Source: an uncultured Acidobacteriota bacterium
GTDB taxonomy: Bacteria; Acidobacteriota; Terriglobia; Acidiferrales; UBA7541
NCBI GenBank assembly: GCA_963785605.1
Contig: CAWAWE010000001.1
Location: 347,367-411,366, forward strand
Direction of reading: 5' to 3'
DNA length: 64,000 bases
Shown here: one piece after another, positions 56,640 through 64,000 of the stretch
Layout of the letters: each line of letters opens with the position of its first letter
How positions within the stretch are numbered: position 1 is the stretch's first letter
Position numbers and translations under genes: made by a program
Notes under the pieces: generated by a model
Told to the model about the DNA's origin: nothing
Databases searched by the model: none
The model's input: the letters and a program-made list of their open reading frames with translations, nothing else

Positions 56640-57593
56640 TTATTGAGCTGCGAGTGGAACTTCTAGAACTTTGATCGTGTGCAGCCAGGTTTCGACGAGT
56701 TTGGGCCAGTGAGTGACCGGGAGATTTGTGGGGCGGAGGCCGTAGCCGTGGCCGCCTTCGGCGTAGATGTGTAGTTCGGCGGGGACTTTGGCGTTTTTGA
56801 GCGCGAGGAAGTAGACGGTGGAGTTTTCGACGTGGACGGGGTCGTCTTCGGCTTGAATGATGATCGATGGCGGAGTTTTTTCGGTGGGATGGATTTCGGC
56901 ATTGGGCGCCATGTTTTGTTCGGCGACGGCGAGGTAGCCGGGGTAGACGATGACGGCGAAGTCGGGGCGGCAGCTTACGCTGTCGGCGGCGTCTGCGGCT
57001 GGGTAGAGGCGCTGATCGTAGTGGGTGCTGAGCGCGGCGGCGAGATGGGCTCCGGCGGAGAAGCCGAGAACGCCGATGCGATTGGGATCGATGTGCCACT
57101 CGGCGGCGTGAGAGCGGACGAGGCCGACGGCACGCTGCGCGTCTTGGAGAGCAGCGGAGGATTTCGGATAGGGGCCGGAGTCGGGGACGCGATATTTGAG
57201 AATGATGCAGGCGACGCCGTTGGAGGTGAGCCAGTCGCAGACTTCGGTGCCTTCGAGATCCATCGCGAGGATGTGATAGCCGCCGCCCGGAAAAACGACG
57301 ATCGCGGCGCCGGTGGGTTTTGCGGTGGGCTGGTAGAGCGTGATCGTTGGCGTGGAGACGTTGCCAAGACGGATGAGAGGTTTGCCGGCGATGAGATTGT
57401 CTTTTGCGGTGGTGGTGTCGGCTTCGGCGGCGGGATTTAGTTTTGCGTCGGGCGCGCCTTTGGGCCAGATGGGAATTTGCGTGTGGCCGGAAGAGGGTTG
57501 CCAGGCGGACGGCGTTTGAGCGTGGGCGATTAAGGCGGACGACGCGAATGCGAACGCAATGGGCAAAAGTGCGAGAAGGAAATTAATTTTCAT
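56640..57593 (-). CDS. Secreted alpha/beta hydrolase (esterase/lipase-like)
   Basis: The ATG at 57593 gives the signal peptide MKINFLLALLPIAFAFASSALIAHA. The sequence contains VVFPGGGY, the nucleophile elbow GFSAGAHLAA, and ..QAEDDPV..EGGHGYG. Confidence 0.85.
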   Translation of the reverse strand: MKINFLLALLPIAFAFASSALIAHAQTPSAWQPSSGHTQIPIWPKGAPDAKLNPAAEADTTTAKDNLIAGKPLIRLGNVSTPTITLYQPTAKPTGAAIVVFPGGGYHILAMDLEGTEVCDWLTSNGVACIILKYRVPDSGPYPKSSAALQDAQRAVGLVRSHAAEWHIDPNRIGVLGFSAGAHLAAALSTHYDQRLYPAADAADSVSCRPDFAVIVYPGYLAVAEQNMAPNAEIHPTEKTPPSIIIQAEDDPVHVENSTVYFLALKNAKVPAELHIYAEGGHGYGLRPTNLPVTHWPKLVETWLHTIKVLEVPLAAQ

Positions 57594-57672
57594 GGAGCCT
57601 CGACAAATTTTGTGCGGCGAAGATGGTAACACGCAAAAACCGGATGGAGTTTGAAGTGACGCCGCCTCGACT

Positions 57673-57698
57673 GGGGAGCAGCGGTGCTGCGCCCGTAC
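57673..57698 (+). repeat. REP-like family A copy
   Basis: ggggagcagcggtgctgcgcccgtac. Confidence 0.65.
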
Positions 57699-57732
57699 AC
57701 TCGCAGGTCATTGAGTTTGAGGTGACGCAAGT

Positions 57733-59334
57733 TCAGCGGAGGTCGTGGATGATTTCTTTGGCGGCGTTGGCACCGCTGGCGCCGGTGAGTCCGTTGCCGG
57801 GATGTGTGCCGGAGCCGCAGAGGAAGAGTCCGCGGATCGGCGTTTTGTAGCGCGCCCAATCGAGGACCGGGCGCATGGTGAAGAGCTGGTCGAGCGCGAG
57901 TTCGCCATGGAAAATGTGGCCGCCGGTGAAACCGTAGATCGATTCGAGATCGCGGGGCGTGATGACTTGCATGGATTCGACGATTTGGCTGAAGTCGGGC
58001 GAATGGACCGCGAGTGTTTTAAAGACGTTTTCGGCGAGGATGGCAGCGTGATTGTTGTCCCAAGCGGCGTCTTTCAATTTGTAGGGAGCGAATTGGACGT
58101 AGACCGAGGCGACGTGTTTGCCTTCGGGGGCGAGCGAAGGGTCGAGAAGCGTCGGGATCGAGATGTCGAGATAGGGCGATTGTGAGATTTCGCCGTACTT
58201 TGAGGCGTCGTAGGCGCGCTCGAGGTAGTCGATTTCGTGGCCGATGTGGATGCGGCCGGCCATTGCGAGTTGCGCGCCGTCGGGGCCGACGGAGTCGGAG
58301 AGTGCGGGGAAACTTGGCAGACGATTGAGCGCGAAATTGATTTTGGCGACGTTGCCTGCGGCGCGGATGTTGCGGATACGGAGCGCGAAGGTCGGATCGA
58401 GTTGAGATGGATCGACGAGATTGAAGAGCGTGCGCTTGGGGTCGACGCCGGAGACGACGGCTTCGGCAGCGATTTCTTCGCCGTCGGCGAGAACGATTCC
58501 CGTGACGGCGTTATTTTTGATGCGGATGTGTTGGACGTCGGCTTGCGTGCGGATTTCGGCGCCGGCGGCGCGAGCGGACTCGGCTAACGCGTGCGTGAGA
58601 GCGCCGAGTCCACCTTTTGGAATCGATGCGGAGCCGACGGGATGCGGATCGGCGGCGGCGCGGAGCAAGAGGACGGCGGTGCTTCCGGCGGACCAGGGGC
58701 CTAGCGCGGAGCCGAAGATTCCGCGCGCGGCGATGGTGGCGCGGAGGAGTTCGGTGTCGAAAAATTCGGCGACGAAATCGGCGACGGCCATCGGGCCCCA
58801 GCGCAGAAGATTGAAGATGCCGTCTTTGCCGAGGCTGCGGACGTTGCGGCCGGTCTTGAAGAGATTCCAGAAATCTTCGGGCGAGGGCGAGTCGATCGCG
58901 GGCGGAGTGATTGAAGCGATCTGGCTGAAGACTTCGGAGAGTTCGGCGAGGGACTCGGCGAATTTTGTGTAGTTGGCAGCGTCTTTCGCGGAAAAGCGTG
59001 CGATGCCGCCGGCGGTTTTGGCGTGATCGTTGTAGAAAAGGAGCGAGCGGCCGTCGGGCGACGGGGCGAAGACACGCGGATCTGGATTGAGGATTTGCAG
59101 ATCCTGCTTGTCGAGGCGCATGTCGCGCGCGATGTCGGCGCGAAGCGGGCCGACGGTGTGCGCGAGCGTGGAGGCGCGATAGCCGGGATGAAATTCTTCG
59201 GTGATGGCGCCGCCGCCGACAATTTCGCGGCGTTCGAGAACGATGGGTTTGAAGCCGCCCTTGGCGAGATAGAAAGCGGTGATGAGTGCGTTGTGTCCGC
59301 CGCCGACGATGACTACGCGCTGTCCGATGGGCAT
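57733..59334 (-). CDS. Phytoene-desaturase-family (CrtI-like) NAD(P)/FAD-dependent oxidoreductase
   Basis: 533 aa. VVIVGGGHNALITAFYLAKGGFKPIVLERREIVGGGA is the dinucleotide-binding fold. The C-terminal CGSGTHPGNGLTGASG motif is present. The start lies 2 nt after the upstream paralog's stop. Confidence 0.85.
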   Translation of the reverse strand: MPIGQRVVIVGGGHNALITAFYLAKGGFKPIVLERREIVGGGAITEEFHPGYRASTLAHTVGPLRADIARDMRLDKQDLQILNPDPRVFAPSPDGRSLLFYNDHAKTAGGIARFSAKDAANYTKFAESLAELSEVFSQIASITPPAIDSPSPEDFWNLFKTGRNVRSLGKDGIFNLLRWGPMAVADFVAEFFDTELLRATIAARGIFGSALGPWSAGSTAVLLLRAAADPHPVGSASIPKGGLGALTHALAESARAAGAEIRTQADVQHIRIKNNAVTGIVLADGEEIAAEAVVSGVDPKRTLFNLVDPSQLDPTFALRIRNIRAAGNVAKINFALNRLPSFPALSDSVGPDGAQLAMAGRIHIGHEIDYLERAYDASKYGEISQSPYLDISIPTLLDPSLAPEGKHVASVYVQFAPYKLKDAAWDNNHAAILAENVFKTLAVHSPDFSQIVESMQVITPRDLESIYGFTGGHIFHGELALDQLFTMRPVLDWARYKTPIRGLFLCGSGTHPGNGLTGASGANAAKEIIHDLR

Positions 59335-59336
59335 GT

Positions 59337-61139
59337 TCAGTTTTTCTCGCTGTCGGGGGCGATGGTGGAGTCGGACGGGGCGTTGGCGACGTCATCAGCG
59401 GTTACATCGGACTCGTTGAGGAGCGCGGCGGTTTCGTGAGGCGCTGCGTCTTTGGCTGCAGGCGGAGTCGGAGTTGGAGCAGGCGGTTGATATTGATGCG
59501 ACGTCGCGCCGTTCGAGGCGATTGGTTTCGAACGATCGGAACGCGGCGCGCTCGCTGATTTTTTCCACTCTTTGAGAATGACTTGGCTCGCGATGCGGCC
59601 GGGTGCGCCCATAATGCCGCCGCCGGGATGCGTTGCCGATCCGCACATGTAGAGGCCGTCGATCGGCGTGCGGTAGTAGGCCCAGCCGGGGACGGGGCGA
59701 AGGAAGAAAAGTTGTTCGAGCGAAAGTTCGCCCTGGAAAATATTGCCTTGGGTGAGGCCGAACTCGCGTTCGAGATCGAGCGGCGTGAGAACCTGGCGGC
59801 CGACGATTAATTTTTTGATGTTGGGTGCATGCTCGGCAATGGTGTCTACGACGGTGTCGCCGAAGGCCTCGCGTTGATCGTCCCAGGTTCCGTGAGCGAG
59901 TTTGTATGGAGCGTATTGCACGAAGCAGGAGAGCACGTGCTTGCCCGGAGGCGCGACGCTTGGGTCGGTAAGGCTCGGGATCACCATGTCGATGTAGGGA
60001 CGGCGCGAGAAATGACCGTACTTGGCGTCGTCGTAGGCGCGCTCCATGTATTCGACGCCGGGGGAGATGGACATTGCGCCGCGAAGGTGCGCGCCGGGAC
60101 CGGGCATGGATTTGAAATCGAGGAGACCATCGAGCGCGATATTTACCTTGCCGGAGGAGCCGCGATATTTGTAGCGGCGAACACCTTCGAGAAATTCACT
60201 TGGCAGATCGCTGGGCTGCATGAATTTTTCGAATGTCAGGTGCGGATCGACGCTTGAAGAGACAACAGTCGCGGAGATTTCTTCGCCGGATTTCAGGACG
60301 ACGCCGGTTGTGCGGCCATTCTTGACGAGGATTTTATCGACCGGCGCTTGCGTGCGGATTTCGACGCCTGCTTCGCGCGCGGCCGCGCCGATCGCGTTCG
60401 AAATAGCACCGGTGCCACCGCGGCTGAATCCCCACGAACGGAACGCGCCGTCGATTTCGCCCATGTAGTGGTGCAGAAGCACGTAAGCCGTGCCGGGCGA
60501 ACGGATGCCGAGGAACGTACCGATGATGCCCGAGGCGGACATCGTGGCTTTCAGCGCGTCGGTTTCGAACCACTGATCAAGAAAATCGGCGCTGCTCATG
60601 GTCATGAGCTGAATCAACGTGTAGCGCTCGTCGGACGAAAGGCTGCGGAAGCGTTGCAGCATGAAGTGAAGTTGCTTGAGGTCGCGCGGATTGAGCGTCG
60701 TTGGATCGGGCGGAATCATCGACAGCATCGGCTTCACGAAGCGACACATCGGCGTCATCATCTTCGAGAATTCGTCGTAGGCCTCGGCGTCGAGGCGCGA
60801 GTGGCGGCGAATTTCGCGTTGGGTCCGTGCGTGATCGTTCATGCGCCAGAGGTGGTCGCCGTTCAGCATCGGCGTGAAAGTGCCGTCGAGCGGGAGAATT
60901 TCGAGGCCGTGGCGCGGGAGATCGAGCTCGCGAATGATTTCGGGACGGAGGAGCGAGACGACGTAGGAGCATTCCGAGAAGAGGAAGCCGGGGATAATTT
61001 CTTCGGTGACCGCGGCGCCGCCAAGAACGTGACGGCGTTCCAGCGCGAGGACCTTTTTGCCTGCCTTCGCGAGATAGGCAGCGTTGACGAGACCGTTGTG
61101 GCCGCCGCCGATCACGATTACGTCATAGTGCTGCGCCAT
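59337..61139 (-). CDS. Phytoene-desaturase-family (CrtI-like) oxidoreductase paralog with a tail of about 90 aa that looks disordered
   Basis: 600 aa. It has DVIVIGGGHNGLVNAAYLAKAGKKVLALERRHVLGGAA and CGSATHPGGGIMGAPG. A Pro/Ala/Ser-rich C-terminal extension follows (..QPPAPTPTPPAAKDAAPHETAALLNESD..). Confidence 0.85.
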   Translation of the reverse strand: MAQHYDVIVIGGGHNGLVNAAYLAKAGKKVLALERRHVLGGAAVTEEIIPGFLFSECSYVVSLLRPEIIRELDLPRHGLEILPLDGTFTPMLNGDHLWRMNDHARTQREIRRHSRLDAEAYDEFSKMMTPMCRFVKPMLSMIPPDPTTLNPRDLKQLHFMLQRFRSLSSDERYTLIQLMTMSSADFLDQWFETDALKATMSASGIIGTFLGIRSPGTAYVLLHHYMGEIDGAFRSWGFSRGGTGAISNAIGAAAREAGVEIRTQAPVDKILVKNGRTTGVVLKSGEEISATVVSSSVDPHLTFEKFMQPSDLPSEFLEGVRRYKYRGSSGKVNIALDGLLDFKSMPGPGAHLRGAMSISPGVEYMERAYDDAKYGHFSRRPYIDMVIPSLTDPSVAPPGKHVLSCFVQYAPYKLAHGTWDDQREAFGDTVVDTIAEHAPNIKKLIVGRQVLTPLDLEREFGLTQGNIFQGELSLEQLFFLRPVPGWAYYRTPIDGLYMCGSATHPGGGIMGAPGRIASQVILKEWKKSASAPRSDRSKPIASNGATSHQYQPPAPTPTPPAAKDAAPHETAALLNESDVTADDVANAPSDSTIAPDSEKN

Positions 61140-61266
61140 TCGCTAAATAGCTCCGGTATGAATCCGCACATGCTTGGAGAAAAAGATGCGGCTGGAAGAC
61201 GGGATAGTTTACTGGGAGCGGAGTGGTCGGCACAAGCCCACGAAAGGAGTAACTACTAGCTTCAGC

Positions 61267-61455
61267 CTATCCCTTCTGCTTCGCTCGACCGCGCTCGCGG
61301 GGACCGTCGCACAAAGAAGTTATCCCCTCCTGCTTGAGGCGTCGGACGTACTCGTCCAGTGCCGCGGATACGGTTTCGGTCTTTGTGCGGTGCCGGCCCA
61401 ACTTCTTTGCTTTCCGGATCAGCCGGTCAATCTCAACGTCAGTTTTCATAACCAT
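61267..61455 (-). CDS. VapB-like (DUF2191/Arc-type) antitoxin, apparently orphan
   Basis: 62 aa. MKTDVEIDRLIRKAKKLGRHRTKTETVSAALDEYVRRLKQEGI resembles type II antitoxins of the VapB family. Only 127 nt separate it from the next gene, and I saw no recognisable PIN/VapC-like reading frame there. Confidence 0.6.
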   Translation of the reverse strand: MVMKTDVEIDRLIRKAKKLGRHRTKTETVSAALDEYVRRLKQEGITSLCDGPRERGRAKQKG

Positions 61456-61550
61456 CTACGTAAGACTTGCATGGCTCATACCATTCAAAGGCGCTATCGG
61501 CCTTGCTGCTCGTGCTCAGCGTCTCTATACTTTGAATCGCGTTTCGGAGG

Positions 61551-62756
61551 ATGTGTGTGCCGGTAGGAACTGCGTTTCATGAGCGGACGATGGCGTTGTG
61601 CGAGAGCCTGAATTATCGGGAATGGTCGGGCTATTACACCGTGGGCGTGTACGAGATGCACCACGAGCACGAGTACAACGCGATTCGCAATTCGTCGGCC
61701 CTGATCGACATTTCCCCCCTGTTTAAATATCGGATTACCGGACGCGATGCGACGAAGTTTGTGAATCGCGTGATCAGCCGCGACATCACGAAGGTCGCGG
61801 TCGATCAGGTCATCTACTGCTGCTGGTGCGATCCCGACGGGAAAGTGATCGACGACGGAACGATCACGCGGCTGGGTGAGAACGACTATCGATGGACAGC
61901 GGCCGATCCAAGCCTGCGATGGTTTCAGCAGAATGCGCTTGGCCTGGATGTGAACATCGAAGACATTTCGGAACAAACGGCGGCGCTGGCGCTTCAGGGA
62001 CCGACCTCGGGCAAGTTGTTGCGTGCCGCCGCCGACGCGGATATTTCGAACCTGAAATATTTTCGAGTCACGCATGGAAGGATTGCCGGCGTTCCGGTCG
62101 ATATTTCGCGGACCGGTTACACCGGCGATCTCGGTTACGAGATCTGGATGCCGTGGAAAGATGCGCTTCGCGTGTGGGATAAGCTGATGAGCGAAGGAGA
62201 AATTTTCGACATTCATCCGGCGGGCATGGTCGCGCTCGACATCGCGCGGATCGAAGCGGGCTTAATTCTGATCGAAGTCGATTACATCTCGAGCAAGCGA
62301 GCGGTGATCGAATCGCAACGATATTCTCCGGCTGAGATTGGGTTGGGAAAGCTGGTCGATTTGAAGAAGGATAATTTTGTGGGCCGCGAGGCGCTGGAGA
62401 AAGAGGAGCGCAAGCGGCCGGCGCGCGCGCTTGTGGGGCTGGAAATCAATTGGGATGAAGTGGAAGCGCTCTACGACAAGATTAAGATGGCGCCGCAAGT
62501 TCCGAGCATGGCGTCGCGCGTGGCAGTGCCGATTTACCGTGGCGGCAGGAACATCGGGAAAGCAACATCGACGACCTGGTCGCCGACATTGAAGAAGATG
62601 ATTGCGTTGGCGACAGTGGGGCGCGAGCACTCGGCGATCGGCACCACGCTGAACATGGAAATGACGGTTGAGTCGGTGCGCCAAACGGTTGGCGCGAAGG
62701 TGATACCGATGCCGTTCTTCAATCCGCCGCGGAAAACGGCTGTTCCAGTCACCTAA
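61551..62756 (+). CDS. Aminomethyltransferase-family (GcvT-like) folate-binding protein
   Basis: 401 aa. The sequence reads ..EYNAIRNSSALIDISPLFKYRITGRDATKFVNRVISRDI..ALALQGPTSGKLL..ISRTGYTGDLGYEIW..AGMVALDIARIEAGLIL. The start may instead be the GTG at 61557. Confidence 0.85.
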   Translation: MCVPVGTAFHERTMALCESLNYREWSGYYTVGVYEMHHEHEYNAIRNSSALIDISPLFKYRITGRDATKFVNRVISRDITKVAVDQVIYCCWCDPDGKVIDDGTITRLGENDYRWTAADPSLRWFQQNALGLDVNIEDISEQTAALALQGPTSGKLLRAAADADISNLKYFRVTHGRIAGVPVDISRTGYTGDLGYEIWMPWKDALRVWDKLMSEGEIFDIHPAGMVALDIARIEAGLILIEVDYISSKRAVIESQRYSPAEIGLGKLVDLKKDNFVGREALEKEERKRPARALVGLEINWDEVEALYDKIKMAPQVPSMASRVAVPIYRGGRNIGKATSTTWSPTLKKMIALATVGREHSAIGTTLNMEMTVESVRQTVGAKVIPMPFFNPPRKTAVPVT

Positions 62757-62767
62757 ACTCGAAATTC

Positions 62768-63250
62768 CTACTGGGCAGCGAAAGTAATTTCCTTCGCGAG
62801 CATCTGATCGAGACTCGCGCGGTTGAGCAGCTTGCCGTGAATGACCAAGGCTCGAATTTTTTCCGTATTGCGGATATCGTCGAGCGGGTTCGCGTCTAAA
62901 AGCAAAAGATCTGCGTTTTTACCTACCTCGACCGTCCCCTGCTTCTGGCTGATTCCCATAAAATCGGCGGGATTTTTCGTGGCCGCTTGCAAGGCCTGCA
63001 TCGGTGAGAGCCCAGCTTGGGTCAGCAGTTCCAGCTCCTCATGTAACGAAAATCCAGGGACCAACTCTGGCGCGGGACTGTCCGTTCCAGCCAGAATTCC
63101 TATACCCGCGGCTTGCATCTTCGCGACAACCTGCGACGAGCGTTCGAAAAGCTGGTCGCGGAGTCCGAATTCAGGGGGCGAAGCGAGCTGATCCTGTTTT
63201 TTCCGAACGTCCTTCCAAGTCGAAACGATGGTTTTCGGCACGTATCGCAA
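62768..63250 (-). CDS. C-terminal part of an amidohydrolase-family gene
   Basis: 160-aa ORF. The frame is open upstream and reads ..NFESNQTWQTPTLVLLRHDAYPTLQSDAAAADLLRYVPKT... The C-terminus, GTVEVGKNADLLLLDANPLDDIRNT, is typical of the family. Confidence 0.75.
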   Translation of the reverse strand: MRYVPKTIVSTWKDVRKKQDQLASPPEFGLRDQLFERSSQVVAKMQAAGIGILAGTDSPAPELVPGFSLHEELELLTQAGLSPMQALQAATKNPADFMGISQKQGTVEVGKNADLLLLDANPLDDIRNTEKIRALVIHGKLLNRASLDQMLAKEITFAAQ

Positions 63251-63293
63251 AAGGTCTGCCGCCGCCGCATCGGATTGCAGCGTTGGGTACGCA

Positions 63294-64000
63294 TCATGCC
63301 GAAGTAGAACCAGCGTGGGGGTCTGCCAGGTTTGATTTGACTCGAAATTTTGCGATCAGCGCGTCGCAGGTTTTTTCCGAGTAGGTCGATAAGAGTTCTC
63401 GTTGCCAGCCGATCGCGCGCGCATGCGAGCCTTGCGGAGTTTCGTTCTTCGGCGCACCGCGGAATTGCTCCTCCATCAACCTGGGTTCAGCGGACGAGCA
63501 AGCGCGAAGCACGCCGGTAAGATGCTCGATGCTCTTTTGTCCAGCGTCGGACGCCTCGGCTGCCGTGACGCGATCGGGCACGTGCCCCACGAAAGAGATG
63601 TGCTGCTGCTTCGCAGCGTCGGCGATCGCGAAGTAAGCGGTGCGGCTCAGGATCGACTGAACCTTGATGAAGTCGACGCGTTGCGCGACGAGCGATTGCA
63701 CGTCTTCGGTAGCTTGCGTGGCGTTGGTGACGACCAGCGAAGGTTGGAAGGACGGGGGATCGCCGTCAAGATACGGGCCTGGAAAGAAAATCTCGGGGCC
63801 AAGCCGCTTGCCGCTGCGGATTTCTTCGCGAAGAGGAACAAGCGATTGGAGATAGCCGCCCATGTCGCGAACGGTCGTAATTCCGTTGGCGAGAAGTAGC
63901 GGAAGGAAGAAATCGCGGCTTCCCGTAGGCTCACCGGCGCCGGTTAGGTGCAGGTGCGAATCGGTAAGGCCGGGAATGAGAAATTTGCCTGTGCCGTCAA
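63294..64000 (-). CDS. N-terminal/middle part of the same amidohydrolase gene (5-prime end lies beyond the window)
   Basis: The frame is open to the window edge and reads DGTGKFLIPGLTDSHLHLTGAG.., so the HxH motif is present. It then continues through MGGYLQSLV..FVGHVPD..CDALIAKF. The frame break relative to the 62768 part is at an A-run near 63348-63351. Confidence 0.75.
   Translation of the reverse strand, partial: DGTGKFLIPGLTDSHLHLTGAGEPTGSRDFFLPLLLANGITTVRDMGGYLQSLVPLREEIRSGKRLGPEIFFPGPYLDGDPPSFQPSLVVTNATQATEDVQSLVAQRVDFIKVQSILSRTAYFAIADAAKQQHISFVGHVPDRVTAAEASDAGQKSIEHLTGVLRACSSAEPRLMEEQFRGAPKNETPQGSHARAIGWQRELLSTYSEKTCDALIAKFRVKSNLADPHAGSTSA

Overview
High-GC bacterial chromosome segment. 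It looks acidobacterial, which is an inference from two ADOP-type orphan MacB/FtsX permeases (one preceded by a PadR regulator), TPR- and PEGA-type Ser/Thr kinases, a CarboxypepD_reg-type TonB receptor and many secreted amidohydrolases. I support about 45 protein-coding genes, one tRNA-Arg(CCT), several rho-independent terminators and at least six families of short interspersed hairpin repeats.

Gene content:
- A three-paralog periplasmic amidohydrolase operon ending in an ADOP permease (75-7242, minus strand).
- A divergent PadR plus ADOP pair (7557-10569).
- A visibly lower-GC accessory island (about 10.6-17.4 kb). It carries a Q/R-rich secreted protein, an IS110 transposase remnant, a stand-alone AAA_21-type ATPase, a SAM methyltransferase, a coiled-coil protein and a beta-propeller protein.
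- AsmA, GH51 arabinofuranosidase, mutarotase, and a response regulator/MEDS/DUF4410 trio.
- A multicopper oxidase plus TolC-like pair preceded by a small Cys/His protein.
- A large HEAT/PilZ protein, SemiSWEET, RmuC, Ku, a second small PilZ protein, a DUF5054/GH38-like protein and an esterase.
- Two tandem CrtI-like flavoproteins, an orphan VapB-like antitoxin and a GcvT-like aminomethyltransferase.

The strongest anomaly is at least 11 single-nucleotide frame breaks in 8 otherwise well-conserved genes. I found no CRISPR array, rRNA, integrase or complete mobile element. No clear complete novel multi-gene system is demonstrable from sequence alone. The best candidates for follow-up are:
- the orphaned ATPase next to the IS remnant;
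- the copper module;
- the nested inverted-repeat element at 40.9 kb;
- the repeat families, one copy of which sits in-frame inside a CDS.
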